Origin: a virus
Lineage: Duplodnaviria; Caudoviricetes
Length of the DNA: 29,900 nucleotides
Strand: one strand, 5' to 3'
Virus record (IMG/VR): IMGVR_UViG_3300022177_000077
Span: 1-29,900 of that record
A program made the translations under genes and the position numbers. Every line of letters starts with the position of its first letter. Position 1 is the stretch's first letter. Below are positions 1 through 8,696 of the stretch, piece by piece. Below the pieces are notes generated by a model. That model made no database searches and was not told the origin of the DNA. It was given only the letters and a program-made list of their open reading frames with translations.

Positions 1-381
1 GCGGCATGGCGTGTTTATCGTGATATACGCGTAAGGCTTGAAAGGATATGGGACAGCCCAGGAGAATGGAGATCAACTGCCGTATCGTCTGCTCGCTGGT
101 TCAGTGCCTTTGCTGTTTGCCTTGAACGGAGCAATCTTTACGAGGCAGAAAACGCAGGGTTTCTTATACTTGACGATCTGGGGTGTGAAATGAAAAGTCC
201 CAGCAATGCAGCGATTCTCAATGAACTTATAGGTGTCAGGTACAACGAAAAGCGCCCAACGATCATTACTTCCAATTGCAGCCTGGCCGAACTTGAAAGC
301 AGATACATGTCCAGAATGTACGAAAGAATAATACAGTCAAACTCGGTAATCGATGCCGGTGTCACTAATAAAAGACTTTAA
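1..381 (+). CDS. DnaC/IstB-like ATPase (helicase loader), 5'-truncated by window edge
   Basis: Frame +1 is open from base 1; Walker B FLILDDLG, then RYNEKRPTIITSN...SRMYERI, typical of the DnaC/IstB C-terminal half. Confidence 0.85.
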   Translation, partial: AAWRVYRDIRVRLERIWDSPGEWRSTAVSSARWFSAFAVCLERSNLYEAENAGFLILDDLGCEMKSPSNAAILNELIGVRYNEKRPTIITSNCSLAELESRYMSRMYERIIQSNSVIDAGVTNKRL

Positions 382-394
382 AAGGAGGTCCGGT

Positions 395-907
395 ATGAGC
401 AAGGTTACGGCTAAGCAGCTCAGTGCATTTATAGATCAGATACTGAAACATGAAGACGGCCTTGCCATCCTCCTTGGGACCGTTCCTCCTCCGATCGCAG
501 CCGATCTGTGTGAATTAAAAAAGGGCTCTCTTCCGGATCTCGGGGTTCATGTTGACGGAGGGAATAAAATCCCTTATGCAGAGGCTGTCCTTACAAGCAC
601 CGAAAAAGAATACAGGATGCTGAAGGAAATCGGCGGATGGAAAAGGATCAACCGGGCAATGCGGGAATATAAAAATTCTTATCCGCAGGGGTGGTCACTC
701 TTTGAAGAACACGTTCTATTTGTCCGCCAGGGCGGGATGATCCACGACGGCAACGGCGGAATGAGCGCTGTAATTGCTGCAAAGCACGGGGGCATAACTA
801 CAAGGACATTAAGGAACAGAAGGAACGCTATCCTTAACACTGTCTCAAGATATATACTGTCATGGATGCCCGGAGATGACTTTAGATTAATCCAGTCGTG
901 CAAATAG
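395..907 (+). CDS. Hypothetical protein, probable late-gene transcriptional regulator
   Basis: AGGAGG RBS before ATG 395; C-terminal HTH-like segment (MSAVIAAKHGGITTRTLRNRRNAIL); lies between replication and packaging modules. Confidence 0.5.
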   Translation: MSKVTAKQLSAFIDQILKHEDGLAILLGTVPPPIAADLCELKKGSLPDLGVHVDGGNKIPYAEAVLTSTEKEYRMLKEIGGWKRINRAMREYKNSYPQGWSLFEEHVLFVRQGGMIHDGNGGMSAVIAAKHGGITTRTLRNRRNAILNTVSRYILSWMPGDDFRLIQSCK

Positions 908-994
908 TTTTCCGAACTTTGGGTCTAACTTTAACTCGAAAAATGATTATACTTATAGCATAGGATTGTTTACAGAAAAATAGACAGAGAAAAG

Positions 995-1020
995 AGCCGC
1001 CCTTTACAGGGGCGGTTTTT
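995..1020 (+). terminator. Intrinsic terminator
   Basis: AGCCGCCCTT-TAC-AGGGGCGGTT hairpin ending in a T run; A-rich run on the left suggests bidirectional use. Confidence 0.7.
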
Positions 1021-1107
1021 AAGTGTTTCTCCATATAGATGTATTCCTATACATGATATATTTATCCTATACATCTAAAAATTACCTGGTGTAAAGGAGT
1101 GATATCG

Positions 1108-1332
1108 ATGTGGTGGGGAACAGCTGGAAACGGATACGGTATGCCATATGGAATGTTCATGATGCCCCTGTTTTTCCTTATATTTGTTGTGATAATAATT
1201 TACTTTTTCAATCGCAACAATAAATCACGGGACGATCATCGATTCAGCTATTACGAGAACAAAGATGAAGTATTAAAGGAAATACAGGAACTTAAAAAAG
1301 AAATTCGAGAACTAAAAAAAGAAAAAGAATAA
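1108..1332 (+). CDS. Small single-TM membrane protein with C-terminal coiled coil (SHOCT-protein-like), moron
   Basis: AAGGAG RBS; MWWGTAGNGYGMPYGMFMM + hydrophobic helix + EVLKEIQELKKEIRELKK; AT-rich; flanked by terminators; GTG 1099 is an alternative start. Confidence 0.7.
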   Translation: MWWGTAGNGYGMPYGMFMMPLFFLIFVVIIIYFFNRNNKSRDDHRFSYYENKDEVLKEIQELKKEIRELKKEKE

Positions 1333-1379
1333 CCGGCGAGACATCGCTGTTTTGTTCATAGCAAAAACTATACAAGTGC

Positions 1380-1414
1380 GGCTTCAGGGAGTGCATTCCC
1401 TGAAGCCATTTTTT
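1380..1414 (+). terminator. Intrinsic terminator
   Basis: Perfect 11-bp stem GGCTTCAGGGA/TCCCTGAAGCC followed by ATTTTTT. Confidence 0.85.
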
Positions 1415-1466
1415 ATCTATGTGAAATGGACACATAGACAACTTATATTATATAAGAGGTGTCTAT

Positions 1467-2285
1467 ATGTCAACATATTTTGAATCAGAACTTGGCCGCC
1501 TGTATCACGGTGACTGCATGGAGCATTTTGGAAAGATCCTCAACGGATCGGTTGACATGGTCCTCTGCGATCTGCCCTACGGAATTACCGACTGCAAATG
1601 GGATGTAAAGATCCCGCTTGCGCCTCTCTGGCGCGAATGGGGACGGGTAGTTAAAGAAAACGGGGCTGTTGTGCTTACTGCGCAGCAGCCCTTTGCTACG
1701 GAGCTCATAGTTTCGTCCGGAAGGATGTTTAAATTCCGGTACGAGCTTATATGGGAGAAAGCAAAAGCCCTGGGCTTTCTTAACGCACGGAAGATGCCGC
1801 TTCGGGCGCATGAAAATATCCTGGTCTTTTACCGCCATCTGCCGACGTACATACCGCAGATGGCAGAAGGAAAGCCGTATAAAACAAAAGATAACGGTAA
1901 ACACACGTCCTTATATGCAAAATATAAGCCATTTAAGTCTGTAGACAACCCAGGCAAACGGTATCCAAGAAGTGTGCTCCGCTTCCCGCAGGAAGGAAAA
2001 ACCGACCACCCAACAGAGAAGCCGCAGGCAATGTTTGAATGGCTGATCCGGACATATACGCTTCCGGGTCAGGTCGTCCTTGATAACTGCATGGGTTCAG
2101 GAACAACTGCTGCAGCATGCGAAGCGACAGGGCGGCGCTGGATAGGAATGGAACTCTCCGGGGAGTTCTGCCGTATGACTAAAGAACGAGTACAGAGGTT
2201 AATAACGGAACGGGGTGATGCAGATGCAGAAGGTACAGCCGCTCAGGGAAAAGACGGAAGTCGAGCGGTTCAAGAATGTGCTTAA
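1467..2285 (+). CDS. Orphan N6-adenine/N4-cytosine DNA methyltransferase (beta class)
   Basis: LYHGDC, catalytic DLPYG before HPTEKP and the SAM-binding VLDNCMGSGTT motif. Confidence 0.93.
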   Translation: MSTYFESELGRLYHGDCMEHFGKILNGSVDMVLCDLPYGITDCKWDVKIPLAPLWREWGRVVKENGAVVLTAQQPFATELIVSSGRMFKFRYELIWEKAKALGFLNARKMPLRAHENILVFYRHLPTYIPQMAEGKPYKTKDNGKHTSLYAKYKPFKSVDNPGKRYPRSVLRFPQEGKTDHPTEKPQAMFEWLIRTYTLPGQVVLDNCMGSGTTAAACEATGRRWIGMELSGEFCRMTKERVQRLITERGDADAEGTAAQGKDGSRAVQECA

Positions 2286-2826
2286 AAGAAGAAACATAAG
2301 AGACTGGGCCATGTTCACCTTCGGAGCGAACACCGGACTCCGCGCTTCTGACATCCTCAGGCTCAGGGTTGAAGACATACTTGACCCTGAATCGATTCCA
2401 AGTCGGATCAGGATCGCCGATTCAATAGAAATAACAGAGAAAAAAACGAAGAAAAACCGCGATATTCCGCTCAATAAAGCGGCAAAAGACGCGATAAAAG
2501 AATATGTAATAAAAGCGTCTCTTCTGGACTCTCCGGAAGGAAGCAAATCACCGTTATTCCCATCAAGAAAAGGTAGAGGAAGCATGTCTATTACAAGGTC
2601 TGCGGCATGGAGAGCACTGCATGTGGCAGCAAAGGAGGCAGGGATCAGGTGCCGTATCGGAACGCACACTATGAGAAAGACCTTTGGTTACGCTCTGTAT
2701 ACCGCCGGGACTGACATCACACGCATCCAATATCTGCTCAACCACTCATCTCCGGAGGTCACTCTTGCATATATCGGAATAACCAAAGACGAGACAGACA
2801 GCCTCATAAGGGGTTTAAGTATTTAA
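2218..2826 (+). CDS. Small tyrosine recombinase (catalytic-domain-only, Xer/resolvase-like)
   Basis: TGLRASD (R), EKKTKK (K), HTMRKTFGY (HxxR), LLNHSS (H), TLAYIG (Y); no arm-binding domain; start 2215 or 2218. Confidence 0.92.
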   Translation: MQMQKVQPLREKTEVERFKNVLKRRNIRDWAMFTFGANTGLRASDILRLRVEDILDPESIPSRIRIADSIEITEKKTKKNRDIPLNKAAKDAIKEYVIKASLLDSPEGSKSPLFPSRKGRGSMSITRSAAWRALHVAAKEAGIRCRIGTHTMRKTFGYALYTAGTDITRIQYLLNHSSPEVTLAYIGITKDETDSLIRGLSI

Positions 2827-3078
2827 CCAATATTAACGTTATGAAATCCTGCATCAGAGAATTGGCATGTTGACGAGGTGAATTCTTTGTTCCCGTCGGC
2901 TTTTATCGTTAGCTGTCCCAATGCAACAAAATACCGTTATGGTGCATTCGTAGTTTAAGGGGGTCTCATGGGAGACTCCGGGAAACGCCATAGACAATGT
3001 TCAGGGCAATTTTGGATAAATGTAACGTTGGCTCGTTATGGTGCGTTCATTTTCAGCGTTAAAAATTATGTTGCATTC
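2822..3078. repeat. Array of imperfect dif/res-like recombinase sites
   Basis: AATGCAACAAAA-TACCG-TTATGGTGCATT (2920-2948), AATGTAACGTTG-GCTCG-TTATGGTGCGTT (3019-3047), TTATGTTGCATT (3066-3077), weaker CGTTATGAAAT (2837-2847). Confidence 0.65.
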
Positions 3079-3092
3079 GAGAGGTCAAAACG

Positions 3093-3389
3093 ATGGCAAG
3101 AAGAGATTTCTATACAAGCAAAGAGTGGGTTGCATGTAGGGAGGCTTATGCCGCTTCCGTCTTCTATCTGTGTGAAAGATGTAAACGACCAGGCTACATT
3201 GTCCATCATAAAACCCATATCACTAATGAGAACGAAAGCGATCCAAACATCACATTGAACTGGGATAACCTTGAATTCTTATGTATTGAGTGCCACAACA
3301 GGGAGCATTTCAGCAAAGAAATCACCAGAAAAGACGTGAAATTTGATGAAAATGGACAATTAATTGCGGTTAAATCCCCCCCTATCTGA
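3093..3389 (+). CDS. HNH endonuclease, terminase-associated (HK97 gp74-like)
   Basis: FYTSKEW, CERC, VHHK, NWDNLEFLCIECHNREH; directly upstream of TerS. Confidence 0.92.
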   Translation: MARRDFYTSKEWVACREAYAASVFYLCERCKRPGYIVHHKTHITNENESDPNITLNWDNLEFLCIECHNREHFSKEITRKDVKFDENGQLIAVKSPPI

Positions 3390-3480
3390 CCCTCGAGGGG
3401 TCAAAAAGTCAGAACGGTACGGGGAGACGCGAAGAACACGCAGGCCGCGCGCGTGACCCCCCACCCGAAAAAGGAGGCGG
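3375..3480. other. Candidate cos (packaging) region
   Basis: GC-rich gap between HNH and TerS with C-tracts and dyads TGACCC/GGGTCA (3387-3403) and CACGC/GCGTG (3437-3455). Confidence 0.4.
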
Positions 3481-3484
3481 TGAC

Positions 3485-3850
3485 TTGAAAAAGAAAGAGT
3501 TAGGCAAAGATGAAAGAATCAAGAGAGAGATAAAGAGAGTTAGCAATATATACAGTGAGATTTCAGAAAAAGAGCGCGCCGCCATTGAAGGACTTATCCG
3601 GAGGGCGGCGTTTATGCGTGTGACGCTTGAGGACATGGAAGCAGATCTGGATGAAAACGGCTTTACGGAATTCTTCACTCAGAGCAAGGATCTTGAGCCC
3701 TACGAACGGGAACGTCCAATAGCAAGGCTCTATAACACCATGAACAAAAACTACCAGGGGATCATGAAGCAGCTTACGGAGTTTGTCGTCAAAGAGCCGC
3801 CGAAGGAGCCTGAAGATGAATTCGAAGCCTTCGTCAACGGGAAAGAGTAA
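3485..3850 (+). CDS. terS: Terminase small subunit
   Basis: AGGAGG RBS + TTG; helical protein with ERERPIARLYNTMNKNY and acidic tail EDEFEAF; upstream of TerL. Confidence 0.85.
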   Translation: MKKKELGKDERIKREIKRVSNIYSEISEKERAAIEGLIRRAAFMRVTLEDMEADLDENGFTEFFTQSKDLEPYERERPIARLYNTMNKNYQGIMKQLTEFVVKEPPKEPEDEFEAFVNGKE

Positions 3851-5567
3851 AAAGGTAAGAGAGAGCATATCCAGAAAAAGCGCTGAACTTCTCACAGGAA
3901 GGGTCAATCCCATCCGGCAGTACTGGGAGGAAATACGATCAGGCAGGGAGATCGTAAGCCGAAAGGTTTACAAGGTCTATAGAAAACTGGTCCGGGATCT
4001 CGACGACAAAAAGAGCGAATGGGAATACAACGAAAATAAGGCTCAGCATCCGATAGCCTTTATTGAGAAATACTGCCGGCACTCCAAAGGCAAGATGGGC
4101 AAAGAGCCCTTTGTCCTGGAGCTTTGGGAAAAAGCGCTGATTGCAGCGACTTTCGGCTTTGTCCATAAGATAGACGGTACACGTAAATACAGGGAACTTA
4201 TCCTTATTGTTGCCCGTAAAAACGGCAAGTCCACCCTGGGAAGCGCGATCGCGCTCTACATGCTGCTTGCTGACGGTGAAAACGGGCCTGAAGTAGTATC
4301 CGCTGCAACGAAAAGGGATCAGGCGAAGATAATCTGGCTTGAAGGCAAGCGAATGGTAAAAAAGTCGCCGGTGCTTTCCAAACGGGCGAAAACGCTTGTT
4401 GGTGAAATAACCTGCGAAGCCAACGACGGAGTATTCAAGCCGCTATCTTCTGAAAGTGACACACTGGACGGACTTAACGTTCACTGTGCGCTGATAGATG
4501 AGCTGCACGCAATTGCGGATAAAAATCTTTATGACGTAATCATCGATGGCATGAGTGCCAGGGAGCAGCCTCTATCGATCATAGTTTCCACAGCGGGAAC
4601 GCTGCGTGAAGGCATCTTCGACCTTAAATATGAGGAATGCGAACAGATAATCAACGGATACGAGGACCCCAACGGGTACCATGACGAGCGGGTCCTTCCA
4701 ATCATATACGAGCTAGACAAGCGCAGCGAGTGGCAAAATCCAACCTGTTGGAAGAAAGCCAACCCAGGGCTCGGGACTATAAAAAGCATGGATATTCTTA
4801 AGGGCAAGGTCGACAAAGCCAAGACAAACCCGCTTTTGGTCAAGAACCTTGTAACAAAAGACTTCAACGTAAGGGAAACAACATCGGAGGCATGGCTGAC
4901 ATTCGAACAGCTGAACAATACTGAAACATTCGACCTTGCAGCTCTGAAACCAAGATACGGGATCGGGGGGGCGGACCTTGCTTCAACCATAGACCTTACA
5001 TGCGGCACTGTCATATTTATGGTGCCTGATGATCCTCATATTTATGTCCTCCAGATGTACTGGATCCCGGAGGATATTCTTGAAGCGCGGGAACGGGACG
5101 ACAAGATACCTTATTCAACGTGGAAGAGCATGGGACTGCTTAGGACCTGTCCGGGGAACAAGGTCCACTACAAGCATGTTGTGGATTGGTTCAGGGAGAT
5201 CCAGCAGGAACACGACATATACATATCTTTCTTTGGATACGACAACTGGTCTGCAACATACTTTGTTGAAGAGATGAAGGACCTTATCGGCAGTGAGGCA
5301 ATGGAAGGGGTCGTGCAGGGGAAGAAGACGCTCTCATCTCCCATGAAGTCACTCGGAGCCGATCTGGAATCGAAGATCATAAATTACAACAACAATCCTA
5401 TTCTCAAATGGTGTCTGTCAAACACTTCGGTTGAAGTTGACAAGAACGACAATATCCAGCCTGTGAAAGGCGGCAGCCAGAGACGGCGCATTGACGGAAC
5501 GGCCTCTTTGCTTGACGCATATGTGGCGTTTGAAAGGCACCGGGAAGAGTACATGAATTTGATATGA
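3816..5567 (+). CDS. terL: Terminase large subunit
   Basis: Walker A VARKNGKST, Walker B LIDELH, WKKANPGLG, GADLAS, RRIDG nuclease motifs; AAGGAG RBS favours ATG 3816. Confidence 0.97.
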   Translation: MNSKPSSTGKSKKVRESISRKSAELLTGRVNPIRQYWEEIRSGREIVSRKVYKVYRKLVRDLDDKKSEWEYNENKAQHPIAFIEKYCRHSKGKMGKEPFVLELWEKALIAATFGFVHKIDGTRKYRELILIVARKNGKSTLGSAIALYMLLADGENGPEVVSAATKRDQAKIIWLEGKRMVKKSPVLSKRAKTLVGEITCEANDGVFKPLSSESDTLDGLNVHCALIDELHAIADKNLYDVIIDGMSAREQPLSIIVSTAGTLREGIFDLKYEECEQIINGYEDPNGYHDERVLPIIYELDKRSEWQNPTCWKKANPGLGTIKSMDILKGKVDKAKTNPLLVKNLVTKDFNVRETTSEAWLTFEQLNNTETFDLAALKPRYGIGGADLASTIDLTCGTVIFMVPDDPHIYVLQMYWIPEDILEARERDDKIPYSTWKSMGLLRTCPGNKVHYKHVVDWFREIQQEHDIYISFFGYDNWSATYFVEEMKDLIGSEAMEGVVQGKKTLSSPMKSLGADLESKIINYNNNPILKWCLSNTSVEVDKNDNIQPVKGGSQRRRIDGTASLLDAYVAFERHREEYMNLI

Positions 5568-5581
5568 CGGGGGTGTTTCAT

Positions 5582-6760
5582 TTGGGTGCAGTTAAAAAGA
5601 TCTTGAATTACTTTACCAGATCTCCCACTCAGACTGTTTCAAAGCACGAACTTATTGTTGAACGGGGAAACGGATTCTATAGCTGGAACAGGCAGCTGTA
5701 TAAGAGCGATATTGTAAGGAGCTGCATCAGGCCGTTTGCGAGATCGATAGGGAAACTCAACGCAAAGCAGATAAGGGAGGCTAAAGACTCTTTAGTTGTC
5801 AATCCCGACCGTTATATCAAAATGCTGCTTGAGGAGCCCAACCCGCTTTTGACGGGACAAATGCTTCTCCAAAAATTGGCTGTCCAGTATCAGCTGAACA
5901 ACAATGCTTTTGCGCTGATCATCCGAGATGATTTTGGTTTTGCAGAGCAGATATACCCGATTTCTGCTTCATCCGCAGAAGCCGTTTATGACAGTGACAT
6001 GAAGCCATATCTGCGCTTCTGCCTGCAGAGCGGAGTGATAGCTACATTCCCATATTCAGACATAATCCACGTCAAGGACGACTTCTGCAACAACGATCTT
6101 TTCGGCGAAAGCAACATTGAAGTCCTGGCACCTGTAATGGAAGTCGTTGGGACACTGGACAAAAGCCTTATAGATGCGGTCAAAAACGGGGCAATCATAA
6201 GGTGGCTGATGAAATGGAGCGCTTCTCTTCGTCCGGAGGACCTGAAGGAAAAGGCAAGGGCATTCGCTAAGTCTTATCTTGATACGGCAGAAGAGGGTCT
6301 GGGGGTCGCCGCTACTGATGCAAAGGCTGAGCTGACACAGGTAACTCCTCATGATTATGTTCCCAATGCTGTTACTCAGCAGAATGTTTACCGGCGTCTC
6401 TACAATTATTTTCACACAAACGAAAAGATCATCAATTCAACCTGTGATGAAAATGAATGGAATTCCTATTACGAACTGGTTATAGAGCCGTTTGCGCTTC
6501 AGCTGGCCAACGAGTTCACGCGCAAAATCTTCTCTATTAGAGAACGCGGACACGGCAACAGGATCGTATTTGAGTCCATGAGCCTTCAGTACGCTTCTAT
6601 GTCCACCAAGCTGAATCTTTTGCAGATGGTTGACCGAGGGGCAATGACGCCCAACGAATGGCGCAAGGTTATGAATATGGCTCCGATCGAAGGAGGGGAC
6701 AAGCCGATACGCCGTCTTGACACGGCAGTCGTGAAGGAAGGAGGAGGTGAAAACATGTGA
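5582..6760 (+). CDS. Portal protein (HK97 family)
   Basis: EPNPLLTG, NNNAFALI, DIIHVK, GAMTPNEWRKVMNMAPIEGGD; start TTG 5582 or ATG 5564. Confidence 0.95.
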   Translation: MGAVKKILNYFTRSPTQTVSKHELIVERGNGFYSWNRQLYKSDIVRSCIRPFARSIGKLNAKQIREAKDSLVVNPDRYIKMLLEEPNPLLTGQMLLQKLAVQYQLNNNAFALIIRDDFGFAEQIYPISASSAEAVYDSDMKPYLRFCLQSGVIATFPYSDIIHVKDDFCNNDLFGESNIEVLAPVMEVVGTLDKSLIDAVKNGAIIRWLMKWSASLRPEDLKEKARAFAKSYLDTAEEGLGVAATDAKAELTQVTPHDYVPNAVTQQNVYRRLYNYFHTNEKIINSTCDENEWNSYYELVIEPFALQLANEFTRKIFSIRERGHGNRIVFESMSLQYASMSTKLNLLQMVDRGAMTPNEWRKVMNMAPIEGGDKPIRRLDTAVVKEGGGENM

Positions 6761-7461
6761 AGAGCAATCTTGATAAGCTTCTGCAGATCCGGAATCTGAG
6801 CAACGGGCATGCAGCTCTTTATTTCTACGGCGAGATCGTAGATGACTGGTATGGGGCCTGGAATGTTGAAGACCAGTATCCGGAAAGAATAAGGCAGTTT
6901 CTGAAAGAGGCCGCAGGGAAGGATCTTGATGTGTTTATCAATTCGCCCGGCGGCTCTGTTTTTGCGGCAATGGCAATAGTGAACATGCTGCGCAGGCATG
7001 ACGGAACTACAACATGTTACGTTGACGGACTTGCGGCCAGCTCGGCAAGTGTCATTGCCCTGTGCTGCAATAAAGTCGTCATGCCAAAGAATACGTTCCT
7101 CATGATCCATAAAGCATGGTCCATCGCAATAGGAAATTCTGAAGATTTTATCAGATATGCTGAGCTGCTTGAAAAATGCGATGAGGGGATCCTTACCGTA
7201 TATGAAGGGAAAATGAGAAGCGGAATCAGCATTGACCAAATAAGAACCATAGCGGAAGAAGAGACATGGCTTACGGCGAAAGAGGCATCTCAGTATTTCG
7301 ATATTGAGGTTACGGAGGCAAGCGTCAAACCCGCGGCGTTTGCTGTGGGAAAGGGCAAAATCAGCAGTGCTCCACAAGCTGTCAAGGATGCAGTTGAACT
7401 GGCTTTGGAGACGGAGCGTATCCGGCTGTTAAATATGAGAAAGGAAGGCGATGTAAATTGA
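6757..7461 (+). CDS. ClpP-like prohead (head maturation) protease
   Basis: INSPGGSV, VDGLAASSASVI, LMIHKAW, ETWLTAKEA. Confidence 0.95.
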   Translation: MKSNLDKLLQIRNLSNGHAALYFYGEIVDDWYGAWNVEDQYPERIRQFLKEAAGKDLDVFINSPGGSVFAAMAIVNMLRRHDGTTTCYVDGLAASSASVIALCCNKVVMPKNTFLMIHKAWSIAIGNSEDFIRYAELLEKCDEGILTVYEGKMRSGISIDQIRTIAEEETWLTAKEASQYFDIEVTEASVKPAAFAVGKGKISSAPQAVKDAVELALETERIRLLNMRKEGDVN

Positions 7462-8696
7462 CCAAAGAGCAGTATAAAGCAAAGCGCGATGAATTGATGT
7501 CAGTGGCCAACAAGGCAATTGACGACGGGGATCTGGAACAGGCAAAAGAGGTCAGGGGACAGATAGAGGCCCTGGATGCAAGTTTCGAGGAGGAAGTAAA
7601 GGTGCGCGCTGATATGAACGCGCTTAAGGACAGGACTGTTATCAATATCGAGGACAAAAGCACCCCTGCAAATAACGGGATAAAGAAAACGGTTCCCGGC
7701 ATATCAGCTCCTGCGGATGAAGAGAAGCTTTACCGTACTGCTTTCGCTAGGGCGATGATGGGACAGTCTCTTGATGCGGAAGAGCAGAGGGTATTTGACC
7801 TCATTAACCCCGGTATCAACAACGCGGCGCAGACAAGTTCTGATCATCAGGTAATGATACCCACTACCTTGGTTGAAGATATATGGAAGGAAGCGGCCAA
7901 GATACACCCGGTTCTCTCTCTTGTAAACATGACCAACGTAAAGGGTAAGATCGAATACCCGAAAGAAAACGGTACCGGCTCAGATGCGGCATGGTATGAC
8001 GAAGACACTCCGGTCACGGACGGAAATGTTGCAACTGTCTCCATTGAACTGGATGGCTGGGAGCTTGCAAAGTGCGTTCCTGTAAGCTGGAAACTCAAGA
8101 AGATGTCGATCGATGCGTTTTTGGTCTATCTTCGCGACAACCTTGCCCTGAAAATGGGAGACGCGCTTGCCACGGCGATTTTTAGCGGTAAAGGCAAAGC
8201 CGGCGAAGATGACGTCTGGAAATCAGAACCTCTGGGTATTGTGACTGCGCTTGAGGCAGAGAGCCTTACTCCGCAGGTAATCACATGGACTCCGACATCA
8301 GATCCCATTAACTACGCCAAGTTGACGGCAATGATGGCGAAAATGAAGTCAGGGTACGCCAGCGGCGCGGCCATTTTTGCCAAAAACGATTTTATCTGGA
8401 ACTATCTCGCCAATGTCCTGGATGAATCAAAGAGGCCTTACTTCATCGCAAATCCGATCAACGGCGGAGTGGGAATGATGTTCGGGAAGGTCGTTTATGA
8501 GGAAGATGCGGCTCCGGCAGACGGAATGGTCCTTGCAAACGTAGCACGCGGGTACAAGATAAACGCCCAGGAAAACGTGACAATGTACACGGAGGATCAT
8601 ATCAAATCTCGGATAACCGATTATATGGCGTATGCCATAATCGATGGTAAGCCTATTTCGACAGCGCCATTCGTATACCTAAAAAAATCGGCGTAA
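7458..8696 (+). CDS. Major capsid protein (HK97 fold, N-terminal coiled-coil delta domain)
   Basis: Position after protease; MIPTTLVEDI, AAWYDE, IFSGKG..EPLGI, LDESKRP motifs. Confidence 0.93.
   Translation: MTKEQYKAKRDELMSVANKAIDDGDLEQAKEVRGQIEALDASFEEEVKVRADMNALKDRTVINIEDKSTPANNGIKKTVPGISAPADEEKLYRTAFARAMMGQSLDAEEQRVFDLINPGINNAAQTSSDHQVMIPTTLVEDIWKEAAKIHPVLSLVNMTNVKGKIEYPKENGTGSDAAWYDEDTPVTDGNVATVSIELDGWELAKCVPVSWKLKKMSIDAFLVYLRDNLALKMGDALATAIFSGKGKAGEDDVWKSEPLGIVTALEAESLTPQVITWTPTSDPINYAKLTAMMAKMKSGYASGAAIFAKNDFIWNYLANVLDESKRPYFIANPINGGVGMMFGKVVYEEDAAPADGMVLANVARGYKINAQENVTMYTEDHIKSRITDYMAYAIIDGKPISTAPFVYLKKSA
8681..8687 (+). promoter_or_regulatory. Putative -1 ribosomal frameshift site (A AAA AAA) at the end of the capsid gene
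   Basis: CTA AAA AAA TCG GCG TAA; the -1 frame reads KKIGVTVSPD... straight into ORF 8699-9205. Confidence 0.8.

Noticed and set aside
2822-3078. CRISPR-like array
   Set aside because: Repeats are few, degenerate and irregularly spaced, and there are no cas genes
2968-3258. 96-aa ORF overlapping HNH
   Set aside because: Runs through the repeat array and the HNH gene with no recognisable motif; probably spurious
1467-3389. Restriction-modification system (MTase + HNH)
   Set aside because: The HNH is the short terminase-associated type in its canonical position; no restriction enzyme is evident
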